Positions 13,904-27,180 of a stretch of 64,000 bases of DNA are shown one piece after another. Positions within the stretch are counted from its first letter, which is position 1. Each line of letters begins with the position of its first letter. The DNA comes from Balanoglossus misakiensis. Taxonomy: Eukaryota; Animalia; Hemichordata. The notes beneath the pieces were generated by a model. It was not told the origin of the DNA, made no database searches, and saw nothing but the letters and a program-made list of their open reading frames with translations. Location of the stretch: contig CM082580.2 in the NCBI GenBank assembly GCA_040954595.2, positions 12,290,909-12,354,908 of the forward strand, written 5' to 3'. The position numbers and the translations under genes were made by a program.

Positions 13904-16900
13904 AGTGTTCTCAGGACTTGAGGTCTAATACTAGTAATAGGTTTGTCTTGATTAATATCGACATTGATGAGTCGCCCTAATAAGGATGTCAGCGCATACT
14001 TTTAACCTGGTGAATTGTTTGCTTCGGAGGATGTTGTCTAGACTACTCAAGGGCCTCATTAAGCAAATTGAATCAGATCACGGCTTGTTCACTTCAAATG
14101 ATAGGACGCCACGGTGAGACCTTCGGTACTCGTCAAACAGGTACACGCACACATGTAGTAAGTCATGATGCAGTAAGGCATATGGGCCTACACATTGCTG
14201 TAGCTAAGTCTAGCAACTGCAAAGGTTTGATAATGACTGGTCCCTAAGATGAACTCATCACAGTTCTCGTGTGCGAAGGATTCACTCGACATCATGCGTG
14301 ACTGGTTCGTGTGCCAATAGCTCTGGCGGGGAAGCTCTGGGCCCTAGGAGGCACTAAGTATCTAACGGTAGAAATATGACACCAACATATCATATCTTCA
14401 GACTAGTTCGTGAGCTAAACTGGTAACTGATCTTCCCAACTTAACATTAATCGTGGCTGAGGGTTTAGGGTGTGCCGAGGTAAACCGATATGTGTCCTAA
14501 AACCAATATTATACCTCAATATTACATGAGGTTGACTGTGTTGTATGTAGGCCCGTGTGTTTGACAGCGTGAAGTCGTTAATTTACCTATGCGCGGGTTA
14601 ACATCCAAGAAATTAAAAGTTCTAACTTATGTGGCATTGACTCTGGCAAGCCATGATATCTGGATAATTCTTTGTGGCTGAACTTCGTAGTCTCATTGGA
14701 ATTATATTGTCGCTTGGCGGAAACTGTCAAATTGGGATTCCGTGAAACTTTTACCAGAATGGTTTTGTTACACGTACATATGTCTGGTTCATCGGACTTA
14801 ATTTACACAAACAGAGATCCAAATCTAATCCATTACACAGTCCTGATTTAGTAGATAAGGGTTCGGTACACAATTTAATTCTACCGTTACATTGTCGCTG
14901 ATGTACTTTTGCATGTTGTTTTCGATTCATTAATTGATTATCGCTGTCGATTCTCTTAATCGTGGCTATCCTAATTCTTATTCTAAACCCGATCATCAAT
15001 GTTTGATTAGTCTGTCGTGATGCGGGTGTGCTATTGGATTTCATTTGCAAGAGTGCAGTCTTCGCGTCTCGTGAACTCTCATAAAATATAACTTAACTGA
15101 TCTTCACATCAGACAGAAAGCAAGGCGATAGGCATAACAAACAGATAAATAAACATTGTCAGAAAAAGACAAAGTTTTCAATGTCTAGAAATGGATTCTC
15201 CGTGTTCTGAAGTGGGTACTAATTGGTGCAATGTCATCCTGGGAATTCCGAGATTATATACGCCATTTAACTTACTGAATATTTACTCACTCTTGCACAC
15301 ATGAGCCAATACATTAGCCTGGTTAGCGCATATGCCCAGTTTTCTTCTTTGAAAGACTCCCCACACGCTTTAGAACAGCAAAGAATTGGAAGATTTTTTT
15401 CTGAAAATCTGTCTTCGAGGCACATACTATGTACCTTAAAGTAAATCCCGCCCACCAACAGAGCTGTCCGTTTTAAGAAGCAAGAATGTTCTCATCCCGG
15501 TGTGAGAGTAAACGAGATCCACAGGCAAGGCATTCCAGGTAACATGAATCATGTCGGTGTGTCGACATCATGATTCAATTCGACTCAAGACCCCATGCTG
15601 TACTCCAACCCTAAACAGTAACGTAAAGCGCCGAAGACATCAATAACGTGAAAATACTAGCACTACACTGCGAGAATAATATTAGGGGGCCTAATCACGC
15701 TATTCCTGCTTACAATAATGGATGGACTACATACCATAATAAGGCAAATTTGATGTGACAATGAACATATTTTACGCCAACTAAATGGCATAGGTTAAAA
15801 CACCCAGGCACCCAATGCGGCTTCTGGCTTGGTTTTCTTCAAAATGTAATATACGTGCATATAATAATTGAAACATTATACGAAAATAAAACCAACGTAA
15901 CAAATTTCAATTTTGGCTATGCTTTCTCTTTTATGCTGTTAAATTGCAAAATCAGATCAGCACACTAGAAGATCAGATCTGGTGCGGTTTTATTGGTCTA
16001 CGTCTTGTGGCGCTGTGTAGTGGACCCAGCATATAAAATAGAGCAAATACTAAATAATTCCTGAGCACGAGCAAAGGTCTTGTTTTATCACACAGTGAAA
16101 AACAGTTGTCTCGCTACAGATGATTCGAGAGATCTACAAAGGATCTGAGCATGTACATAGTCAAGAGATCTAATCACAGTATTACAGAGCTCTCCAAACA
16201 CGCTGCGGAATTTCACTCTTTCCCGCAAAACACACCGAAAAGTTACAGCTAATGGAGCTTTAACGCCGTTGGAGTGTTTTACTTTCATTTGACGCGAGAA
16301 CAGGACACACGAATTTATTAGCGCCATCACATAGATGTTCGTTCCAAACTGATATCCGAGCAATCGTTATCCTATTTTTGGTGGTGTCAAAATACAACCT
16401 GGGACTATTTTTGTGGGTAGATGTAATAATTCTTTGTTAGATACGAAGGAAAATACTGGTATTTGTATGGGGCTATTTTAGAAACTCAAATATGGCTAGT
16501 GAATGGGTAGTTCTTGCTGGTTGGTGTTCAGTTAGTATGCGTATCTAAGTTTGTACACGTGGTGGTGATTAGCAATACACTGCAGCCAGGGTGCTTTGAA
16601 ACGACCATTGTGGTGTTCTTGATATTCAAATTTCGTGTGCCGAAAAATGACGGACTGGCGTGATAAATGCGGTGACCGTATCCTTCAGAATTGCCAGGTC
16701 AATTATAACCAGTTATAAATAAGTAGTTATTGTTTTGCTTTGTTGGACAAGACAATAGAGAAGCATATGTCAGTTCTATGTTGTCTATTTGTATAGGTAT
16801 CCAGTAACATAATTATGAACATATGCCAGGATTTGGTAAGTTAGATTGACAATGCATCCCCTGGAAACACGACTTCGAATGAAACAGCTCCGTTTCGGCG

Positions 16901-19900
16901 GTCACCGAACCCTGTATAGGAGACTCAAGAACGACGCCGAACTGGCGCATTGCACATCACATTCAGATACTCAGCACATTGTAACTGGTATACAATAGAG
17001 CTAAATTAAACACCCAACAATAAAATACCATATTTGACAAAGCGAAACTTGAGAACATTTTAAGTTCTTAAATAAAACAGCCATTTGTTAGTGACTCGTT
17101 AAAAAACTGGTATTTGCCTGAGGCTCTGTTTAGAAGCCTACGCGTGGACAATAAATGTGTTAACTCTTGCTGGTGGGTAGTTTCTGTAAGACTGTATGAA
17201 AGTGTGTAGAATTTGAAACATATGGATGGCCCATTTTCATACAGTATTTTGGTTCAGTGCGTTTTTGTCTGATGTTTGTGCCGATCTTTGCGACAACGCT
17301 CACACGGGACCAAAGCCCCACAGAAAATCTGTCCGTTTGGAGAACTCTGTAATTTAACAAACTCGCTGAACATGACATAACATGCCTGCTGTGGTAGAAC
17401 ACGCGTAATGCCCTGTCGCCATGTCGTGGCCTTTTGTGTTTATCTGTACAGCATCAGTGATTGAATACCTGCAGGTCAGAACTCGTTTACAGGCATTACT
17501 TCCAACAGACTATTTGTGCATGAAGGCCTACAAACATGTGAAATTATCCTCGGGTTTCAAAGCAGTTTTAAAACTTTTTGTTTGTACACTGGTGTGGTAT
17601 ACTTACTGGCTGTATTCATATTGTTCACAGATTCGTTGGTGCAACGTGGATTGAAATGTTATTACATGTAGTCATAACTATAATACTCTACACGTAGCCT
17701 TGGGAACATACTGAGAGATTTTGCGTATATTTCGTGCAAGTGCGCCCCGACTTGAATACGATATTGTATATGATATAATATTATGATATTATTTAGGTTA
17801 TACGATACGATATGTGCATTTGATGTATTAGCTGTGAGGGCAAAAGAATAACTTTAGCCTCCGCAACTTCAGCATGGGGTCAGCTGACCCCCGTTTGCCC
17901 CCGGTTCCTGCGAGAATGGACGCAGTCTTTTTTTCTCTCCCATCAGTGTTACATTATATGTTGCCTGCATGACTATTGATTGCACAGCGGTAATCTGGAT
18001 GATCGGTGAGAGATATCTTCTGCTCAAGTGGTGCAAAGCATGCAAGCGGATTCGCTCTGTGGTGATTCTGTATATACCTTGATTAATGTTTATAAAATTC
18101 AGCGGCGCCTGTTACTGTGTTACGCAAGGGTATTCAGGTATTCAAACATGATATCAGACAAAACTACCATTCCGAATTTTCATCGGTAAAATTAATCATG
18201 TCGGATCCCACAGAAGGTGCCATCGATGTTACTTGCGGCAGTTGATGCAGCCCTAACAATGCGCGACGTTCAAACTTCATAGCAGTCGCCCCTGCAAAAG
18301 TAATACAGCTTTGACACCGCTCGAACTAGATAACACCATCACAACCCTAACGTGTGTACCATACTGTTGTTTGCAATCCATGATCAATATAAATGGTGGA
18401 CCGACGTGTGAATAAAACGCAAATTAAACGTAATTTCCACGACAATATCCGTGTTATATTAGTGGAAACAAGATATGGATTATCCAGTTGGTACTAGATG
18501 TAACCTGAGATCAATTCATTTGACTGCAGCAACTCTAAAACTAGACATCTGCTTTGATTGATGAACCTAGAAGTTTTAGTTTTGGATTAATAAAAATGCT
18601 GGTCTGAAGGATGTGTAACTCACATCCAACTTGTCAAGAATAAAACAGACTGATAAAGGGGAAAGTTACGAGTTGCACACAGGCTCGGAATTCCACTTGG
18701 CATTTCGCTAAATTTGTTAAGTCTTCCGTTCATACTATGAAAAGGCACCGAGGTAGGCACCCATCTGTAATCCGAAAGCCGTTGTCATGGTCCAATGTTC
18801 GTCGATTAAAATGAAGCACGTAAAGTACGGATGAACAATTCCATAGACAATGCAGGGAGGGGGGTATTAAATTGGGTGACATTTAATTCTGAATACTAAA
18901 AGTTGGTAAATCTCTATCAATGTCCCTCGCGATGCTCAAGTCTCCGGAGTAAAACTTACACCAAGATACATGCTTTACGATATATGTACACACACTGCGT
19001 CTATCATCACACTTTTATCACCTGGCAGTCGCTGTTCTGCGTGAAGAAGGGCGATAACGCACAACAGGTGAGCGCGGTGATCTGAATGCAAATGCGCAAA
19101 GCACCAACGACCATAATTCCCGGCGAGTTCTTAGGAAGATAGATTGGAACCCGGGATTGGAACATGGCGAGGGAATATGTGCGTGCTGGAAGAGTTATAG
19201 ATATTAAGGCCAAAACTAATGCCTGGTGTTTTGAAAGAGAACCAGGAAGCCTGTACAGTCTATTGTTGCCGCCATACATCATTTAACAACAGTATTACAC
19301 GATAGGTACTTTCTAAAGAGTAATATCGTCGATGCCATAAGAAGTAATATAAAAATTGCATGTGTATAATAATATGTCTGCACGAGCCACTGCGCTGGAA
19401 AAAGGTCCTTGAAAGACTATCAGCCTTGTGGTGTTGATACTTAATATAGATTAATAGTTACATCAATTCAAATTCCGCATATGAAGACAAAGCTCGTAGA
19501 AGAAAGAACTTTCTGGCGTCTTGCTCCAAGTAAAGATTGACAACAATGGGCGAAGATGCGTGCGGGGTATAGCCAGGCGTCGCGAGTGAGACTAAGGGGC
19601 AGAGAATGGTCCTATTCAGTATCTGACTGCAGCATGCATTGGCACAAGGCTGTGACACTGCAATAGTCACGTAAGCATTTGATGATGTCAACTACTCACG
19701 CGCAACGATGACTATTGATCACAGCGATTGTTCAAACGCCTCTGCCAAGCAGCAAGGTTCCAAGAAAAGACGGCGAGGACTTGGCCTTGAAAAACTGAAT
19801 ATGAAACCAGAAAATATGTTTGTTTTTTTTCAACTGTTACTTGCTGTTTTTGTGTCGAGCAGCTTTGCAACTCGACACATTTAATCGTACTCCTCCAGGT

Positions 19901-20015
19901 AGTTTGGCCGTCGTTGTAATTTGATCACGACGTATCTTAACATAGCTTATAGGTTTTCTTGGTTTAATATCTCACTTGATATGGCTTCTAAATTAAATAG
20001 CGTTGCTTCGTCTCT

Positions 20016-20048
20016 TTGTGTGTGTGTGTGTGTTGGTGGGGGGGGGGG
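20016..20048. repeat. (TG)n microsatellite followed by a G run
   Basis: tgtgtgtgtgtgtgtgttggtggggggggggg. Confidence 0.8.
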
Positions 20049-22436
20049 TAAGGTAGTTGTCCGTGCTTGGCTTGATCTCTACTTTCTGTGGTAGCTATGG
20101 TGACCGTGTACCTTTAAACGCAATATATTAGTTGCGTATGTCGTGCGCGGGTTTTAATTACCCATGATCCTTTACTCTACATATGCAAACTGATACCTGG
20201 CTAATAACTCCTAATAAAACTAGGGTCGTATGTATTTATGACCACTGACACTAGTTTACACATTCTATTAACAATAACATCTAATGGATTTCACATTTCG
20301 TATTCCTACACCAATAAAAAGAATAACGTACGGGTGTATCAATCAAGTAGATGGCGTATTTAAAGTGACGGGAATGAAATATACCAAAACAGTTTTTCGT
20401 TGATATTATAATGAGTCGTTCACTCTCACGCAGGTATGTGATATCGAATTTGTACCTAATAACGTTTTCCTTGAGGGCAAGATAAATGAATTTAAGGCAT
20501 TTAAATACTGATTTAGGTTTGTCTATTGTGCCGAAATTCTGATATAGTGATGAATCAATAAACTAATGGGAAGAACCATAAGGTATACATAACATTTTCA
20601 TCAACGCTGACGTTTAAATGCGTTTCAGTCAACTGAATATGTGAGATTAAAATTTAACAATATCCACTGTGTATACAAACACCGCCATCGCTTTTTATTA
20701 TTCCGGGAATAGCATCAATTCACTTTATTTACTCTTTTATTACGCGCCATATTAATAAAGGTAGTAGAACATTTGCTTTAATGTTTTCTTATTTGCAATA
20801 AAGGAACACCTGTCGGATTACCACATTACGTGAATCCTATATAGACGGGAAAGCCCGAGAGCATGTCAGCTGGTAACATGCTAGCGAACAATAAGGATCA
20901 AACAGACATATATCTTACACACGCGTCAGCTTGCATCAAAGTTGCACAAATCTAACGAAAAATAGAAAGCAGTGTAATTCACTAAAATGATTGGCACAGA
21001 TAAGGTCAATTAAATTGTATTCAAATCATAACCAACAGTTCAGATATATATGATATTGATATACATGATGACATGAGTTTTAGACCGCGACAGTGTCGCT
21101 CTATGGAATTTGTGGAGAGCATTTCTCTTTCTAAAATCACATCCATTGCAAGTGCCCTTCTGGCAAGATATCATTTGTACAAATTTAAAATATCTTGACG
21201 TGCGTCAGAAATGTGTGATTTTATTCATGTGCATCGCGTTATGTTATGTCACCAGTTATGTCACATTTTGTTTAATAAGACTAACTCTAAGACAGCAAAT
21301 AGTGTTGAAATGAATAATAAATAGCAATATGGGTTGAAATGCCACCCATTGCAGCTGTGATTAACTGATAAAGACGCGAGATAAGAGGCATCATTTAGTA
21401 AAAGCGTTCTCAGTCTAATGCACGTCCACGAAGGGAGCAACGCTAAAGAGAGATTGATACCCGGGGCAGAAATTAGCCGTTGAGAACAGAAAACTGTAGT
21501 AGCCTTAAATGACTACTCGTCAAAGCTCCATGATTGATCCCATTGCTTAACCAACTAGACAGATTTGCAGACGAAGTGACGATTTTCGAAAGTAAAATCA
21601 GGCATTGTGCAACCGTTCACTGATTCTGACCAGCGTGTACACAGTATATCACAGCTCCGTGTTTTATGCAAGGCACAAAGGTCGTTACTTCAACACAGAT
21701 ATAGACATACGGCTTACATGTACCTTGCTTTGTGAATTTGAAATAATCCTCAAAAGTATAATTTCCAATAACCTAACACGTTATATTAATGTAACCGTTT
21801 TCACAAACACAATAATTACAACAACATCAACAACTGCATGTAACAGCGACAATATAGCCCGATTAAAAAAAAATTAACAAAAAGAAATAAATCTTCGTAT
21901 TCAAGGGAATATCGGCGGCCAATCCCTTTCATCGTACCGGCATAAGCCATGCTCACATAGGTTATTTTTAATCCTGTCCAAAAAGCCCATTCTATGTAAA
22001 TCATGTACATTTATATACTTTCAATTAACGTGTAATACCAGGCAAGCCAACAATTCCCGATGAGCAAGCTTAAAATAACATGGCATAAACATGAACAATA
22101 AAAAACATGAAATAACACAGAAAGTCCCACCTGGAGCTTTGCACTAGTTAACACGTAAAACAATGTATATCGGGGAAGCTAATACATGTTGTTCCATTTA
22201 CTGTTATCCCTCGCCAACAACAAAGATAAACAAACTTCTGATTTTGTAACAAATTTACACATTTAAATATTCGAAAAAATGTAAAAGTCTTTGTGATAAA
22301 AGTGTTAAACTCTGAACGAAATATACTGGTTAGAATATCGAAAAACAGTTTTTGAACTCATCTATATATGTGTGCAAAAATCAAGTGCCGAGGAAAGACA
22401 GATTTAAATTTTCTGACAGAAGCGTCCGCATATACC

Positions 22437-22690
22437 AATAGACCATTTTCCGAACTCCACGAGACCCTGCCAGATCTCGCGTGACTATCGCAGTTTATGT
22501 GGGAGGATATTCACATGTGACACAGGGCAAATGACACATTGCCCATCGTGTTAAACAGCACAAAATTACAGTTGTTAAACTCCGCACCTATTCTAGTTTC
22601 ATATAAAGCTTGGCGTGCATTACTAGTACTTGCCGTGCAACCTACATGTATTACAAGATAATTGATCATCAAGTCTCGCGAGATATCGCA
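22437..22690. mobile_element. Degenerate non-autonomous DNA element (MITE-like)
   Basis: Imperfect inverted repeats tgccagatctcgcgtgact (22468-22486) and agtctcgcgagatatcgca (22672-22690). The leading aatagaccattt (22437) recurs as its reverse complement aaatggtctatt at 46981. Confidence 0.4.
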
Positions 22691-23182
22691 AAGAGCGGCA
22701 TATCATCTATTATAAAGAGGGAATCGAGTTTGTTTCTCCTCTAATTTCATGGAAATAGTAGGAATAAATAAATAAAACAAGACTATCCCCTGCTTATAAT
22801 TAAACCCTGCGGCTGAATATTAATCCACAGGTACAAATAGATGAACAGTTTCCATTTATATACGGTGCACAAATTCTCTGCAATATGGTGTAAGATGAAA
22901 ATGATTTGATATCGCACAGGAGACCAGCGAGCGGCGGGTTCTTCATGGTCCGGCGTCAGATATACCATACGGATGTCAACCAAATGCCACCAACGTTGAT
23001 GTCCATGAAGACCATGTCTGATCCATGTCGTTTCGAAGACTGAACACCTGTTCTTCTTTTGAAACGATTTGAATACACCTACAATGCCTTTAGTAGGGTT
23101 CTATTCGATACAGCAGTAAGCGTACCATATTAAAGTCAAACGATTGGATAAATGATACCCCGCTCTGCAGTTTTATAAAACA

Positions 23183-26100
23183 TCACACGGATGATGAACA
23201 CGTATTCACTTGACCCAAAGTCGTAACGGTAGTGTTTTGGCCCCGTTTTCTGGACGGCCGGATTGACGTATACCGGGACTGTAGGTGTCGCAGTTGTTTA
23301 CAGGACAATATTTCCAGGGCGTAGTCGCGGTAACTCTTCCCGAGGAAGGCGTAGAGCACGGGGTTCACCGCTGAATTGATGTAGGTGAGGCACAGGCCAA
23401 ACACGGTGAGTTTCATCACCAGTCCGCAGTCGTAGTTGTCGTGGGTTAGCGTGTATATTCTCAGTCCGTGCACCGGTCCCCAGCAGACGGCGAAGAAGAG
23501 AACTATGGTCATGACAACAAGTGTAACGCGCGTCCTTTGGTTGCCAGGGGTTTTGTTGGCGCGTGCTCTTTTGCCGACGGCGACCACGTTGTTGGAATCC
23601 CCCTCCGCGCTTTTGTCGTGGGTGCTATTGGCCGTCATCTTCATCGCCCCTCCGGGACTCTTACGCAACTTTGCCGGCAACTTCATGGTGAACATTCTGA
23701 CTGCTATGCACACGTTGCAGGCGACGATGATGGTAAGTGGGATGAGGTACATGACCGAGACTTCGTAGATGGTGTAGATGGTGTACTGTGAGGCCTGGTC
23801 GAACAGGTAGGTACATACTGGATCCCCCGTAAAAGGGTTGACCATAACACCAAAAAACATTACTACTGGCAGATGCATGAGGAAGGAAGCTGTAAGTGGA
23901 AAAACGAAATCTGTTAACTGAATGGTTGGGGCCATGAGCTTCCTGTAATAAGCCAATTATTTTCGAGCATAGGCTGGGTAGTTCGGCATTTTTGTCCACA
24001 TTGTAAAAAGTCCCTGTATCGTTTTCAGAAGGCGCCCAAACATTAAAATAACTTTGATTTATGCGTTGCTCCTAAATCGTTGTTGATGTAATTTTACTAC
24101 CCTCACCCTCTAGAGCTCTGAATTTTATTTCGCGTTCATGCTACATGTCGTGTAATTTGATACGATGTTCATGCCTTTGCTTGTCCCTAGGAAAAATTGA
24201 GGTCTGGTCGGGTTACCGGAACTACTTTCATGCTAATGTGCATGTTTAACCACTTCCGCATTTATTCGCCTGCAGGTAAAATCGACATAGGTCGGGTTAC
24301 CAGAACCACGCAGTTATTATTGGCATTTTACAACCACAGAGTACAAGTGACAATCATCATGCTCATGTTGATCGCCTGTCCGCTGCTTCCACTGCCAGCG
24401 ACTGATTGTTGACAGAATTCTAAATTGCGCCGATATTGGTTTGCGATACACGATGAAGTATGCTCGGATGGCAGTGATGAATCTACAGTCCTACGCTTCC
24501 ATTTTTTCTCCTCCGGGGCGAGATTGTTAATGCAAAATTCCCCTTCCAGCAGTGGGCCTTGTAAACCGACCTAACAGAAACCGATTGCGAATAATTGAAT
24601 CGATTAAACATTGATGTACCCTCGTGTTCCGTCAATGACGTACGAATGTGTGCCAAATAAAATTTTAAACAGTTGATTTGTTATAAATCGGTTTACTAGA
24701 TTTCTTCGCATAATTCCAAAAATTATACATATATATATTTTTGTTTCTGGGTGATTCTTGAACACTCCCACCAGCGTAAAATGCATTTTTGTCAAATGTC
24801 TTTTGTGTACCAGCCCCAGAAAGTGCCCTGTATCAGTCATGTTTTGACATTGACTTCAGGGTACATGGCTATCACGCTGAGTGTTTCCTGTTAGCATCCA
24901 TTAAAACCCTCGAGTAAATTATTCACTTGAACAAACCCATCAACAGTCATTGATGTACCTACGCACCAAATGTCAAGGTTAGACGTGCAATGGGCGGACA
25001 TACATACATACATACATACATACATACATACATACATACATACATACATACATACGTACGTACGTACGTACGTACGTACGTACGTACGTACGTACATACA
25101 TACATACATACATACATACATACATACATACATACATACATACATACATACATACATACATACATACATACATACATACATACATACATACATACATACA
25201 TACATACATACATACATACATACATACATACATACAGCACAATTTTCAACAACAAAAGGTAAAAGTAATTTAATTCTTATGTTTTCGCGTAGATTTCGAG
25301 AGGGGTGAGAGAAATGTCTTCTATTCACGTATTCCCTTTCTTGGTGACATTTTTCCAAAATTCAGGGCCACACCTTTGTACTTCAGGACGATATCTTTCG
25401 AGAAGCTCAATCAAGCACCAGATGATATAATATAATAAAATAAAATGACATATTCCCAGTTGCCTCAATCGTGTCTCGACTGTGCTTACGTCTTGTGGTT
25501 CAAATTTAGCGTCTGTTAATGCGCGCTTATCTGAAAACTCCCGAGGGGACGGAAAACAGATGATTTGTCACATTTAACTTACGCGGGGGAATGTGGTGAC
25601 GTTGATAACAAGTGAACCCGACTCTGAAAATCCCTATTAACGATCTGCAGGGAAACATACCTCGCCTAAGCCCAGTCTAACGAGACACTGATACAGTAAG
25701 ACTTTCACACTGCGGCGCAAGTGAAAACCTGTAAAACAGCAAGTTGCCTTCAAAAAGATTTTTACTGCACAGGCTGTTCAAACATAATATCACCACTTGA
25801 CCCTAAAACTGCAGACATTCTGTAAATTCTCTTATTCATACTATAGGCCAAATATAAAGATGAAGAGTTCTATATGATGCCCCGTCCCTCCCTTAAAGGT
25901 TGGGAGAAAATCAGCACACCCTCCCCCCGCAAGTTACCTTTAAGATATCTAGAAACATCTGTAAATCTTGCTTGGATTTTCAGACACATTTATATAGAGC
26001 TACCGATCGTTTCCTCGTGTTCATTTTATATACCCATGACAAGGGATGACACATGTATGTAATCTCAATGTTATCAGCGAATCGGACTATGGGGAAATTG

Positions 26101-26985
26101 CATGCACTACTGGTAAACTTACTTATCCATATAAATGAAATGGTTATCCAAACTGATTTCTTTGTTCTTCGTGTCCTTGCTTTTAGAGGGTTAAATATGA
26201 CGGTACATCTATCGACCGTCATCGCCGTTAGTGTACCGCATGTCGCCTGCACCGATACCTGTTGTGGTGTTAGTAAAAAAGATGGAAACGTAAAACTGGT
26301 GTCTTCATTGGCGGTCGCTCCGCAAAAAAGTGAACGTGTTTCAGTTTCGTGCGTGTACTATGCAGACGTATAGCAAGAACTCCTGCACCCCTTCAAGACC
26401 TATGACCCAACTTTACAATAGAATACTAATAGTTCAATGACTGGGCATGAATATTGTATTTCGCTCTATTGCACTATGTAATATCAAATAATTGTTCTCC
26501 ATGATTATAGACCCATAGGCAATTTGCCATGTGTATCATGTTACGCTTGGCTGACATAGGTACTATTAAAAATACAGTTTATGGTTTACTTTTGACTTTG
26601 TTCTTGGTATGGTTGGTATTTCGTTTAAAAAAAAGCTGGATTGCGTCTCAACAACGCTGTCACTACTCACGCTCTGCATGTAGACGGAAAACCGACAGAG
26701 AAAGTCGCCGAGCGGCCACGCACCGCCGTTGTAGAGCTGAATGGAGGCCGGGAAAGCACAGAACAAGAAGAAACAGATGTCTGTCTTGGCCAAGTTGGAG
26801 ATGTATGTGTTGGTAACGCTGCGCATGTCCCTGTGGCGGGCCACTATGTAGACGACCAGCGAGTTGCCCAGCACGCCGACGACGGCCAGTACTCCTATCA
26901 CCACCGCCGCTACGGGTTCGGTGAACTCGCAGTTGTACGTCGCGTTGAAACCGGCCGCCCAGCTGTCGTTCCCCGCCGTTGTCAT
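23183..26985 (-). CDS. Kisspeptin receptor (KISS1R/GPR54)-like class A GPCR, 385 aa, 3 coding exons
   Basis: Exons 26985-26671, 26258-26123, 23889-23183 (GT-AG, phases 0 and 1; 1158 nt). Seven TM segments with GNSLVVYIV, MRSVTNTYISNLA..D, VSVQATCGTLTAMTVDR (GPR54 hallmark), CWGP and NSAVNPVLYAFLG. N-terminal glycosylation sequons NDS and NAT. Confidence 0.9.
24206..24340. repeat. Two degenerate ~84-bp-period copies in intron 2 of the KISS1R-like gene
   Basis: ggtcgggttaccggaactac...gcatgtttaaccac (24206) and ggtcgggttaccagaaccac...gcattttacaaccac (24290); probably transposon-terminal sequence. Confidence 0.55.
24998..25236. repeat. Compound tetranucleotide microsatellite (TACA)n(TACG)10(TACA)n
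   Basis: Directly visible; the TACG block is at 25053-25092. It produces the spurious YVCM/TYIH ORFs in the ORF track. Confidence 0.99.
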
Positions 26986-27165
26986 GATGTCTGCTCCGCG
27001 AGAATTCCTGCGTTGGACTAAAAAAAACGTCGGAACTCGCTGTATAGGTAGCAGCGGCGGTTGTCCGATAGCACTGTTCTCTCTGTCGCTCGACGTTTAA
27101 TAATGACGCTATACGTACACCTCACTTTCGCTCTGTCCCACGTTTCGTCTGCCTGCCGCATTCAA

Positions 27166-27180
27166 CTACCCACAATGCAC
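27166..27180 (+). promoter_or_regulatory. Staf/ZNF143-like site upstream of the KISS1R-like gene
   Basis: CTACCCACAATGCAC about 180 bp upstream of the ATG at 26985, in a locally CpG-rich stretch. Confidence 0.4.

Noticed and set aside
15490-15550. Minus-strand peptide VTWNALPVDLV resembling a LINE ORF2 C-terminus
   Set aside because: Single short motif, with no flanking reverse-transcriptase similarity or tail visible.
18960-19810. GC-richer patches with short open frames (e.g. ..GSKKRRRGLG..)
   Set aside because: Interrupted by stops, no consistent splice chain and no recognisable domain; possibly a decayed element but unsupported.
24891-25358. Several ORFs with YVCM/TYIH repeats
   Set aside because: Translations of the TACA/TACG microsatellite inside an intron.
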